Source: Felis catus (taxonomy: Eukaryota). From it: a DNA stretch of 64,000 nt. How positions within the stretch are numbered: the stretch's first letter is position 1; every line of letters starts with the position of its first letter. Location of the stretch: positions 38,626,001-38,690,000 of the forward strand of contig NC_058379.1 of assembly GCF_018350175.1 (NCBI RefSeq), given 5' to 3'. The position numbers and the translations under genes were made by a program. The notes beneath the pieces were generated by a model that saw nothing but the letters and a program-made list of their open reading frames with translations, did not search any database and was not told where the DNA came from. Positions 1 to 12,014 of the stretch are shown here, in pieces.

Positions 1-125
1 CAGGTAGTTTTTCAAAGGATATAAATAGGTAGCCAATATCTGCTAATTAATTATTAATAATTGATATTAATTATATTAACATTTCCTTTTATGGCACCTT
101 TCTTTTGAAGAATTATGAATATTCA

Positions 126-352
126 GGGGTGCCTGGGTGGCGCAGTTGGTTAAGCGTCCGACTTCAGCCAGGTCACGATCTCGCGGTCTGTGAGTTTGAG
201 CCCCGCGTCAGGCTCTGGGCTGATGGCTCAGAGCCTGGAGCCTGTTTCCGATTCTGTGTCTCCCTCTCTCTCTGCCCCTCCCCTGTTCATGCTCTGTCTC
301 TCTCTCTCCCCAAAAAATAAATAAATGTTGAAAAAAAAAATTAAAAAAAAAA
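126..352 (+). mobile_element. Can-SINE (SINEC_Fc, young type)
   Basis: tRNA-derived head, (CT)n, A-tail; perfect 18-bp TSD AAGAATTATGAATATTCA. Confidence 0.95.
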
Positions 353-651
353 AAGAATTATGAATATTCAATTTTGTGATTTTTACTCCTCTTCTTCCAC
401 TCTGACTACACATAAAATTCATTTGGAAAAGGTTAAAAAAAAATACTGATACCTGGGTGTTACTTTCTAAAGGTTCTGATCTAATTGGTTTAGGGTAGAT
501 CTCAGGCATCAGTATTTTAAAATTATATTTTTAATTTAAGCTTTTTATTATAAAATATGTCAAATGTACACAAAGTAAAGAGAATTGTAATAATAAGCCC
601 ATATGTATCTATCACCCAGGCATGATAGTGAACTTCGGTTGCTATCTTTTT

Positions 652-815
652 TGGGTGCCTATGTGGCTCAGTTAGTTGAGCATGGAACTCTTGATTTTCA
701 GCTTAGGTCATGATCCCAGGGTCGTGGGCTCAGGCCCCATGTCAGACTCCGCACTGAGTGTGGACAGTACTTGGGATTTTCTCTCTCTCTCTCTCTCTCA
801 GAAGATAAAGAAAGG
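652..815 (+). mobile_element. Older Can-SINE
   Basis: Diverged head GGGTGCCTATGTGGCTCAG…GGTCATGATCCCAGGG and (CT)n. Confidence 0.8.
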
Positions 816-906
816 AATACATGAAGTTTAGTTGCTGTTTTTTAAATGTTCCTGTAAGTGATTCTTCTAATGTATAGGCATGGTTGAGAACTATCACATG
901 ATTCTG

Positions 907-1087
907 TTTTTTTAATGTTGATTTATTTTGAGAGGGGATAGGGGCAGAGAGAGAGGGAGAGAGAGAGTCCCAAGCAGGCTCTGCACTGTCAGTGCAGAGC
1001 CCAACGCATGGCTCCATCTCCCAACCCCTGAGACTACGAACTGAGCTGACATCAAGAGTCGGTCACTTTGGGCCACCCAGGCGCCAC
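907..1087 (-). mobile_element. Older Can-SINE
   Basis: T-rich tail, GA-rich segment, ends CCACCCAGGCGCC. Confidence 0.85.
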
Positions 1088-2809
1088 TCCCCCATCACAT
1101 TCTTCTAATAAGATAGAAAATGGAAGGAATAATTTCAATGCATATTGATAACAAGAAAAGCTGAAATTTGCCCCAGGCCACATCATGATTTTAATGTATC
1201 ATCTAGTACTCTGTTCATTGAGCCCTAATGGTGTTCATGGACATATATGTAATATGGTAGGTGTATGCCTGATTTTGCTAAACAGTGGAATAATTTGGGA
1301 ATGGGCATTGAAACACCTGGAAAAAATTCAGGAAAAGGCTTGAAATATAATGGTTTCCTAGGTAGAATTTTTATACCTTGACTCAGTGTCATCCTCGGCC
1401 ACCTAAGGTCACTCTGCAAAACCTGGCTCACAGATAAGAAGGGTCTGATGAGTAAGGGTAGGACAAGTAGATTAAATTTATTAAGCAGAGAAAACATGTG
1501 GGAGGGGAATGGATGATGGATACTGTCATCAGATTCGCAGAGAAAAAGCCCTAAGCCAATGGCAAATGAATCTCAACCTATAGCAAAGAAGTTTTGTCGG
1601 AAATGCCGTAACATGTAAATATGTATCAATCTGTGTGTTTTAATGAAGTCAACGTTTGAGGTTCTACCTCAACAGTGAGGCATTGTGGACAATTCCTGGT
1701 TTCTGAGTGGCAAACACTTGGAAAACAATTTGATCTCAGAGTTGGACATAACTTTAAATATGACATTGCCAAAGTGCCCACCTGACGGAGGACTCTATTC
1801 TGGGGCAATACTGACATTATGGTATCTCTTTGAATATTCTAGGCGGAGATCCTACTGCTCATAAGATAGCCTGATGCACATTACAATAGCAACCCTCTTT
1901 TATTGAGCTGAAATCTCCTCATTCTTTAACATCTCTTTTCATGAAAGAAAATATTTCTGATGCCCCCAATGCTGTCTTGTTACCTAAATATATGTAGATG
2001 TAGTGCTAGAATACAATTTTTCATGCTTCTAAGTCTCATCGACTATAAAATTAAAAGAACCTTACGAAGCCATATGAAAAATGTAAGACCCTTACAGTAA
2101 ACCATTAATTTAATGGGATTAATGATACTGTTTTTCTGAAGCAAAATTCTTCAGGTTGTACTTAAGGGTAGAAAGATATAGCCTCTGGTCAATTTCCTTA
2201 TTTATTGTTCATTAGTTTCCACTCATCAGTGCAGGGGGTGTCTGTTTGCATATGTATGTTATACCAGAATGTATTCATAATTGAAAGTCTCCCTTTGCAG
2301 GGTTTGAGATCGTCAAGTCTCACACTTAACCAAAACTGCCAGCAATTAGTTCTCCATTTCCTGTTTTAATGAGACATCCCTTGGCAACTTTGTAAAGATG
2401 TTTTGTGCACTTGGAAATTAAGGTCAGAGTTGTAGTTTTACTGCAATCTTCAATAAATGGGCATCTAATCCAATTATTGCTGGAATTGGGTACAGAACAA
2501 TCTTTCATTGTTATTTATTACTATACTTACTGCTAATGAACTGCTGTTGCAAATTGATGCATACGACAGGATCCAAGCAATAACTCTTGCAAAGTGCGTG
2601 CTGACTCGTAGTGTAGACTCCCTTTAGTTCTGCTCACCTCTATGCCTGAATGAGGCTAACCTCCCACCGCTTGTCTCTGTTCCAACTTCTAGGAAACATC
2701 TGGCCTAATACTACACTAACTTTGTCACCTGCGGGATTATTGTTGTGTGCTGGTCTCCTGGGTCCTGGGACCTTGTTAAAAGTGCCTGCTCTCTGGACTC
2801 CAGAGGTTC

Positions 2810-3040
2810 TTTTTTTTTTTTTTTTTTTTTACTTTTATTTTTGAGAGAGAGAAAGAGACAGAACACGAGGTGGGGAGGGGCTAGAGAGAGAGGAAGGAGA
2901 CGGGAGACACAGATCCAAAGCAGGCTCCAGGCTCTGAGCTGTCAGCACAGAGCCCGACGCAGGGCTCGAACTCACGCACCCCAAGATCATGATCTGAGCC
3001 AAAATTGGATGCTTAACTGATTAAGCCACTCAGGCACCTC
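2810..3040 (-). mobile_element. Can-SINE inserted in a MER5-like element
   Basis: Poly-T, GA segment, SINE body; degenerate TSD CCAGAGGTTCT / CCAAAGATTCT. Confidence 0.9.
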
Positions 3041-6000
3041 CAAAGATTCTGCTTTACTTAGTCTAAGGCTGGACCCAAGAATGGGTGGTATTAACAAGCA
3101 CTCTGAGTGATTCTAGTGTAATTCGTGTGAATACTTTTATGACTCTCCAAGATTATTGTTGACATGAAAAGTATAAAATTTCAGCTCTTTCCAAACAACC
3201 TGGATTCAGAAACTCTGGCATCCTTCTCAGATTTGCTATCAGCTGCAAATAAGCCCACCTTGCATGTTCCAAGTTCACCTTGAACAGGAAAGAGTCAATA
3301 GCAGAAGCTTTTTAAAAAATGGCTTTGACCTATTAAACACCAGATTTATTTCAAGGGACACAGATATTCTAGATGATATTTTCCTTGATTCCCAGAATAT
3401 TCTAGATGCTGTGGACTAGAGTGGAATCACATTTTCAGGTTGTACCCATGCAGTTAAAGTATGTAAGTACAGTGAGGTAATTGGAAAGGGGGGAAAAAAA
3501 AGTGTTGGAAAGCAGGAATCAAATTAAAAAGCAAAGCTGACATTTTTCTTGGTGTAGTTCTAGCTGTGTACCTCTTAATTTATAAAGTTAATTATGGCAT
3601 GTTTGCCTGAAGAGGGTAACATAAACCTGGAGGCAAAGTTAAGTTAATAAACCAGACATATGAATGCGTCTTATTACCCGTTTTTTTTTTTTTTTCTTCT
3701 TCAGCTAATTCTTGTTGATTGCTGTTAGGAAAAAAATATAATAGCTGGTTAGGATTATTTACAACTTTATAGGAGACTGAGAGGCTTGCTGGCATTTATT
3801 TTACGTCCTTTGGGGCAAAGTGATTGAAATGTTAAGTGTCTTAGTATAACCCAATATCGATCATGTTTGATATATCACAGTAGTCTCAGATGGTGATAGT
3901 TTGGGAGTTGAATTTAGCAATTTTATGGGTTACCAACTTCCATTCTTTGTATTTTGCCATTATATATAAACTGGCCAAATATAGTCTTAATGGATTTTTA
4001 TTTTTACTTAAGGGGAGAAGAGAATTGAGCATTTAAACCTTATAAAGAACCAAGGATTAGAATAACCTTAAAATTTTTTTTAATTATTCTATTTAAAAGT
4101 GCTGAGATTTCTAAAATTTACTTAAAATGGAAAAAGTAAAAAAAAAAAAAACTTAGGAAGTTTTTGTGTATTTTAATACAGTGGAATTTACACAATATGG
4201 ATTGGCCCTACCTTTATGACTAATATTTTTACAAGAGTATAACATAAAGACAGAAAGGAGGCAAATATGAAATTCTGATGAATAGGAGTGATTTTTTAAA
4301 GTGATGTGTAGGCATGTCTAAACTTGCTTCTTCGCATGTGTACATATTTTTGTACATTTTATGCTGCATTTATAATTATTGGTGGTTTTTTTACTTCATT
4401 TTGCATCTGTGCTCTGCATGTATACAGACCCCAGAAATGATGTATACAAACCCTGAATGAAGACAGCATCTGGAAGCTTTAATGAGCTATAAACTTGACA
4501 CTATTCTGAAACCCCAGAAATTCCTAAACAAATTTTTATTTCATTAGAATAAGCTTGTTGCTTTTGAATGAGGCATTAATCCCCATACTTCCCTTATTTG
4601 TTGTCCCTGGTAAGGCTGTGGCTGAAGACTTTGTATCCTGATTTCAAGGACTTGATATGCAATTCAGGCGCCTAACATTATCCTGAGCATACAACACGCC
4701 TTAACTAGTTGCTGCAAATGTGGCTAACATTTTACTAAAGCATTCTAGGTTGAAAAACAGTCAACTTGAAGTGCTGGAGAATACGGCAGTTTTAAAAAGT
4801 ATCACAGTGCTTTATGTGATGGTAGTCTGAGGTTGTCAAAGAAGGCAAATGAGTGTTGCATGTCTATTAGAGTTTCGTAGGGTTTGGTGGGTCTTTGATA
4901 CTCTTCTAAGCCTCATGCTGGAGGGCAAAGTTCTGATGTATTCACTGGACAGATTCTTTACCATTTCTTTCTGGGGTCTTGTTGAGGAGGCTGACCGTAG
5001 GGCCGTGATACAATCTGCAAATTCTGCCCTTGCCGTAGCTATCGGGTTGGAGTTCTCTTTGCTCAACAGATAGCAGAGCAGAATACCGATACCAATGAGT
5101 CAGTATGCTGATGACACCCGTGGTTGGGTAGAGGTTTGGGGACATCCTGTTTCTATGGTTTGGGGTGAAGTTTCACACACGTCTTTTACCAGAAGTTAGC
5201 TATACCCCTTTTCTCTGTACCATGGCTAGATATCTAGATGGCTTGTTGGCCTTCAGTAATATATTCTGTGTGGAGTAGAATAATTTATTCTACTAGATGG
5301 ATGTGGCAGGGTAAGCCTTAGTACGGTGCTTGAGACCAGAACAGGCATCCTGAGACTTGGGCTGGAGTCATGGAATCCTTGCCCACGTTTCTTGGATTAT
5401 TTCGGTGGATAGAGTAAACTGGGAATCTGACGGACCGGGTTTGCAGGACAAATCTGCACTAACTCTGGGACTGTGTGAAAGGTATTCCTTCAACCTAAGA
5501 GCTGCATTTCTGTAACTTACTGGAAAAGCACCAGAAGGGGTTTCATACTGGTAAGAAGAAGGGCTTCTCTAGGGTTACAGGTGGCTTCATTTTTGGTAGT
5601 AGGAGGGATGCAGGGAGAAGTTAGTCTTTACGAAAGAAAGCAAATCCAACTGTAATGGGATCATCGCCCTGCTTTCTACTTAATTTTGTTACTTTCCTTC
5701 TCTTTTTCATGTAGAAAAGCGCATAATTAAGTTTCCCGATAAGAGTTAAAAAAAGGTTTTTCGTTATTGCTTTTGCTCAGCAGGTATTGACAAGTGATCG
5801 TGTCTTTTTATTTTATAGACCCCTAGTATTTTTGAAGCATAAGGAATGTTGGAGACAGTCTCTTATACATAAGGACACTCAGCCCTCAAATATAGTGACA
5901 ATTGAGCCCATTGGTCAACATCCATTTATTTAGCAAAAATGTTCAGGGCTTGGCTTGCAATGTGCTCAGTGAGGCACTGTGGGGAGACAGAGAGGACTAT

Positions 6001-7699
6001 GAGGGGCTCCTGCATGATATTAGTAAGGTAGAAGTAAACAGTTATTACAGAGATGGGAGCATGTTACCGGTAGGGCTGAATGCTGTACATGAGTTTTTGT
6101 TTGGTATTTTTCTATCTGTGCTAGGAAAAACAAAAAAGACAAGCTGAGAGCCAAAGATTTGCATAGCAGTTGTTTCCCAGATTTACTGTTTAACTATGAA
6201 GCAGTATGGTTTTTACTCCAAAATTTGAATTCGTGGGATATTAGGATAATTAGCTAGGTACTTCTAACTTTTAAAAAATAGTATTTAGTATTCTCACATT
6301 TTCTCCCAAGAAAATAGACATCTGTACGTTTTTGCTGATTTTCTCCATCACCAGAAAGAATACGATTTGTGAATCAGGGAGAAAACAGTTTGCTTTCGAT
6401 TTAAAAAAAAAAAAACAGCAGAAATATGGCAATAAAGTGAATGAAAATATGAAGCCATCTGTGTCTGAAATGATAATGTCAACTTGGTTTTTGTTGTAAA
6501 CAATACAGTTTGTTCAAGTCCACTTCTAAAGGAGAGCGTTTCACACAAACATGGAAGAAAAGCCTTTCTTCATTCACAGATCTGACATGCCACAAAGCCA
6601 TATAAGTACAAATCTGGTATGTGTTCTCCTGTAGCCCAGACAGAAAATTAATACAGGTAGTCCCCAGATATATTTTCCAGGATTTGAACTATCACCTTTA
6701 TCTGTCACTTGACACTTCAGGTCCTTGTTACCCGTGACACTTGAGGCAATGCCAACATCGCTTCCTATCAGCGTCTTGTATTTGCCTATGCATTCTCCAG
6801 GTCACCAGCTTCTTTTTCCTTTGACAGAACTTAAGCCACATTCTCTTGCTTCGAATTTCCCAAAGCTGCACATCTCCCACAGGATACAGGTTCAGAGACT
6901 CCATAGCAACATAGCAACCGTGATTTTCCAACCTTCTCTCTCTCGCCACCTGAAAAATGCCCCCCTCCCCTTTTCTAGAGCTTTTGCCCTGTCCTAGAAA
7001 CCCAGGCCAAGTCTCCCCACCTCCAGAGGCTTCACTGGCAGACCAAGCCTGTTAATCTTGGCCACAGTCTTTGATTCTGCACCACATCTTTGGCACCCAA
7101 TAGTAAATGCCATAGTTTTGTGAATCCATCACCCGCCTCTCTCCCCTTAAGTGAGAGGGTGCGTTCCAGAAAGGGTGACCAGGAATATTTAAAGAGGGCC
7201 GTAAACACTTTAGTAAATATGCCCTGGCTGCTTGGCTGGAGCTTAGGTGTTGTGACCCTACTCAGAATAATTTCTTTCACTTGTAAATCAGAGCATCCGC
7301 CCCCTCCTCTCCCTTGCTGCTGAAAGCCTGGCCGATAAGGACTTACTTCCCTGAAAGACTTGGAAGCTTGGGAGACCACCTGTAACTTGTGGACTTCTGT
7401 GGTGGGAGGTGGGAGTCAGGAGGCGGGAGCTACCAAAAGACAGAAAACCTCTCCCGTCCCCCTTTTAATTCAAGTGTTCCCTATTAGCTTAATATTTCTT
7501 GAACACCCACCTGAGCAAGAGGCCACCAATTTGAATTTTATCTTTAAAAAAAAAAAAAAGGAACATTACTGCAGTCCCTGAGCCTATAAATTACTCACCT
7601 GCTGGTCGGGACACCCTCCCCCCGCTCTCACAGGGACTGTCTGGGAGGCGTGAGGAGGGGACAGAGAGCCGGGGCAGTAATCTCAAGTGGAGACCCAAA

Positions 7700-9130
7700 G
7701 GCTAACGCTATTGGCGACTGTCTCGAGGCGTTGTCCCCGCGTCTGCTACCCCTGCGCCAGGATGGAGGGGCCAGTTACAACCTAACTGTCCTAAAGTGCC
7801 GCGGTGGCCCCCGCCCCCGCAGCTGGGAGGCGAAGGCAGGACGCCGCTGGCTTGCTCTGCGCCGGCTCTGGGCGTGTGCCCCCGCCGCAGCTCCGCGGAG
7901 CCTCCGAGCCGCCTGCAAAGGGGGGCGGGGAGCGGCGGCGAGCAGCCCGCGTCTGCGGCTTCCTCCCCACGCCCGAGCCTCCTGCGCACAGCCGGGAGGA
8001 CGCGAGCCCGAGCCTCGTCCCCACGCCGCGGCGCGCGGGCTCCCTGCCCAGCCGAGGTAACTTTTCTGGCCGCCGGAGCGGGGGGATCGGAGGGGGGTCT
8101 CCGGCTTGAGAGGCGCGGAGGACGAGCCGGAGGCCGGGGGCGAGGCGCGCGGGGTGCGCGGCTGACGCGTGGCTCCGGCGCCGCACGGCCGCCCGAACTG
8201 CGGGAGCCCGGCCCCGGAACCCGCCTGCCCTCCGGCCGGGACCCCCGCGGGGCCGGGCCGAGCCGGTGCGCTGCGCGCCGCGCCGGGGACGTGCCCGCTC
8301 CGCCCGCCGCTCTGCAGCATCGGCTGGGCCGACGCGCGGAGCCTGAGCACCGGCCTCCGGCCTGGGGGCCTCCCCCCGGAGCCCTGGCCGGGAGGGGCGC
8401 TCGGTCCCCGCGTCCCTTCTGTACCAATTTGCCCAGATCCCCCGTTTGGGGCGCCATGTTTTAAGTTACCCCTCGGGCCGGGGGCGAGGGAGAGGCGGGC
8501 TGCGCGGGGAGGGGCGGGGGACCGGGGGCGACACTGCGGCGCCGCCCGGGGCGGGCGGCCGGCCGGCGGGAGGGGCCCTGCGCTCAGCGCGCCGCGGCTT
8601 GCGGGCTCGTCCGGGTTGCCGGGCGCGGGCGCGGCGCGGGGCCGGTAAGGTGCGCTCGGCACAAAGCATCCCCGCTCGGGAGCGGGCCGGCCGCTTTTAT
8701 GTAACTTGTCGCCTTCCTGGAACTGGGGCGGCGTCCCCCGGACGGCGGCGGGGGCTGCAACCGGCCCCCTGGGGGAGGAGGAGGGAGCGTCCTAGAGAGG
8801 TTGCTTCTGGCCCGGCACCTGCGGCGCCCCCAGCCCCGGCCTGAGCTCCCCTTGCCCCCTGCGTTGGAGCCGGAGCGCGGGGAGGCCGAGGGGCGGGGAG
8901 CCGCACTGCTCACCTGGCGCTCGAGGGACTGCGAGCGGCCTCGGGAGGTGTCTGCGAGGGCGGCTTTGCGGCGCGTGGGGGTGGGGAGGCCGGGGCTTCG
9001 GACCGCGCGAGTCGTGGTCTCAGCCAGTTCCGGGCGGGTGTTTCCCGGCTCCTGCCGTGGGGGCTCGCTCTCTCGGCTTTCGCCTCTCATCTCGCCCTAC
9101 TTCTTCCCCTCCCCCTTTTCCCTCTCGGCT
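7700..9130. promoter_or_regulatory. EPB41L3: CpG island promoter of EPB41L3
   Basis: Very high GC and dense CpG over ~1.4 kb; GC boxes (GGGGGCGGGG at ~7921-7930, GGGGCGGGG at ~8511-8519). It is the only large island upstream of the coding exon in the window. Confidence 0.9.
7940..8056 (+). other. EPB41L3: Probable non-coding first exon of EPB41L3 (start approximate)
   Basis: Follows a GC box and ends at donor CCGAG|GTAACT (GT at 8057-8058). Resembles my recollection of the mammalian EPB41L3 5'UTR (…GTCCCCACGCCGCGGCGCGC…GGGCTCCCTGC). Confidence 0.65.
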
Positions 9131-10327
9131 CCATCCCCCGCCAAGTTCATGGCTTCTGCAATGCGGTGGGTGTGGTTACCTAGTAAATGGTAACTGGTCC
9201 TTTGCAGTGCGAGCAGTCTGTTCTTTCGGGGGGGTTTATACCTACGAATCCAAAGTTTTCTAGGGTTTTCTCCTCCAGTTGCAGCCAGGGTTAAAGTTGG
9301 AAAGAGATTGTTGCAGAACAAACAGAATGATAAAGAAAACATGTGGTATTAATTACGTGTGGAGGCTGGGCTGGGAAATCCTGAGAGGGCCAGGCAGTCC
9401 AGCTAATGCACTGCTTCCATTACGTGTTTAAGTTGGTGTTTCAGTGTTTTTACATTAGTCTTGCAGTCCTGCAGAATTGCTTTTGCAGATATCCTGCCTG
9501 ACCTTTTTGGGGGCTCCTTTTAGGCTCTCTGAGGTGGCTAGGTGTACTGGAGGTTCCCTTCGTTAACATTAACATCCCTGGTGGCAGAGTCTTCACTCTT
9601 AGTCCTAAAAACATTCTTTTTAAGTTTTACTCTGATACTGAAAGTCTCAAGGGATCAAACATTATAAAATTACGCTTATACCTGGGAGCCCCGGACCCAG
9701 GGCCAATTGCTGCAAATTAAGCAGAGAAGCCCCGTTAAGAAACGGGAGCACATCAAGCTTGAGTGAACTCTGGGGAATAGGAGGTGATTTATATCTTGAC
9801 TTAGAGTTTTTAAGAAATGCATCTTAATTTTGGTTTCAAACTTTTAAAAAAAAACTTTAGTTGGCGTAACAAAGTTGTGAAAGGAAATAAAGGCTAGATT
9901 GAGAAACCCAACTGTAATTGGTTAATTTCACAAAGCACTGATAAAAATGTCTGAATACCAAAGACTTTTATTTGCATTATAATTTTCTGATGGTTTTGAA
10001 AAGCAAAATATATCAGATGCACAAGTTACTGCATCAAGTTTAGCTAATCCACTTCAGGCAAATAATTTTTTGCAAAAAAGGACGTTTTGTGAATGATTGA
10101 TCAGTAACAAAAAAAAGTAGCCACTTTATTTAATTTGTAATACCCCTTTTAGGTGAAGGATTGAGAAGATACAGGTCAAAAATCAGTGTCTCAGCAAACT
10201 GTTTACATTTAATTTTCAAGCCATTTCTTCGTGAATGTGATTTAGGTTAAAGGCAGTTTCTGTCAATTCCTTACAGTGCTTGGACTTTGGCCAGCTTTGA
10301 GTTGTGTTGAAACAGAAGACCAGGGAG

Positions 10328-10330
10328 ATA

Positions 10331-10361
<31 letters not shown>

Positions 10362-10365
10362 TTTA
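10328..10365. repeat. (TA)n microsatellite plus poly-T
   Basis: Direct reading. Confidence 0.9.
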
Positions 10366-11982
10366 CTTGATCAGAAGCTAGTTTATACATACGTTGGTTT
10401 TTTAAAATTGTTTGGTCAAATGCACTAGGGGCTGCCCAGATGGAAGAGGGGCAAGGCTTTGTATATCGAGAGATGTGGTATTGTCATTATCTTGTGAATC
10501 TTTTCTGGATTTACTATATGTGGGATTAAAATATGGCAGGAATTTTTTGTCCAGAGTATTGTCTTACATGTTGTGATATACATATTCATCTTCTGCTTTA
10601 AAAAAGTCTTAAAATTCACAAATTAGAATTCATGTCCTCTCCATGAAGAGAGAGGCTGAAAAATATACGTTTCTCTTCTGTGAGAATTTGACTCTAATGA
10701 AGAGAGAGGCTTCTGATTTACTCGACTGCCCTGATCCTCTTTAATTCCCATAGTGTCTTCCAAGTTTCCAACTACAGTTTCCCCCCCTGAATGTCAGCTT
10801 TATTATGGAAGATAGACTTACTATTGAAAACCACGAATCAAATTCATCTTTAGCACGACTTCCTTTTAGAGAGATCTTGGGTGGTGCAGTTGCTACATCT
10901 TTCAAAAGGCGGGCTAGCTGCTAATTTGTTGGGAATTCATCAGACACTCCTGAGGGTTCTGCTGTCATTTGCCTTGGCTGCAAAGAATTGTGTGCTCAGA
11001 AGGGAGAACTGGAGCAGTGAAGTCATTGCCCTGCCTGGTGTTGTGACATCACTATGGCTCAAAGGAAACAAGGGTGGGGCAGGCAAAAGCAGACGGTCTG
11101 AAGCATCTTGCTGCCTTTAACTTTGCCTGATAAATGAATGAGACTCCTTTCTCAAGTTGAACTGCGCCATAAGGTATTGTGAATTCAAGGCTGTGTAGGA
11201 AAGTATGTTCCATAGATCAAAGAAGAAGAGGTTTTTTTGTGAAATAGTAGAACCCATTGAGTATTCCTTTTATGGGGGAAAATACTGTAATCTTTAAAAA
11301 GGGTCATTTCAAAAATTATCTAGAGAGCAAGAATAATGAGTATATAATTATGTTTATGCACAGAGCCAATATATCTATATATATATTTTTTGCTATTCTT
11401 TGTACTAAAAGAGCATTCTTATTCTTGCTAAATTTTTGGTTTAGGTAATTAGCGTTGTGTTTTAAAAGTAGCTGTGGTCTATAAAGATAGTGTATTTTCT
11501 GGGTAGGCAGTATTCTGATTTATTTTTAAGTGATGTGATTGCAATTGGCAACTGGCAACGATGGAAAAAGCTAGAGATTTCACAAGCTTGCAAGATATCT
11601 GCAGTGATTTGGGGTAGTTGATTTCCATTTAAAGTTTTGTTTGGCAAATTATTTTATAATTTAACATTTTAATTCTAACTTAGATTTCTGGTGCACAGAT
11701 GATCACAGACACATTTCACCCAAATTAGTATTGAATAAATTATAAGCAGAAGTCTGAAATTCTGAAGCTGTAAAGTACATTTCGTGTTTTGATTGCTGAA
11801 TGCAGTGTGGCGTGAGCATGAAGAAGTGAAGACCTATAGAATGGCTGCAGACCTTCATTGTCTTGTTTTCTGCCTCCCTGGTTAAGATGACTGTCGTGTT
11901 TTTCATGTGAGTGTATTATGCCTGTGGAGGTCCTGGGCAGTTCTTAACTGGGTAGCTATTCCAGAGCACATTTCCAAAGCAA

Positions 11983-12014
11983 GGGGTGGGGGTGGGGGTG
12001 GGGGGGGGGGAGGG
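11983..12014 (+). repeat. G-rich tract (GGGGGT)n + poly-G, G-quadruplex-capable
   Basis: GGGGTGGGGGTGGGGGTGGGGGGGGGGGAGGG: five G-runs with 1-nt loops. Confidence 0.8.

Noticed and set aside
4836-5145. Overlapping 67-76 aa ORFs with protein-like composition
   Set aside because: No recognisable family, splice structure or poly(A)/TSD. A tBLASTx/Dfam search would be needed to exclude an ancient element.
7650-9193. Many long overlapping ORFs (up to 295 aa) on both strands
   Set aside because: Ala/Gly/Pro/Arg-rich products expected from stop-poor CpG-island DNA; no recognisable domain.
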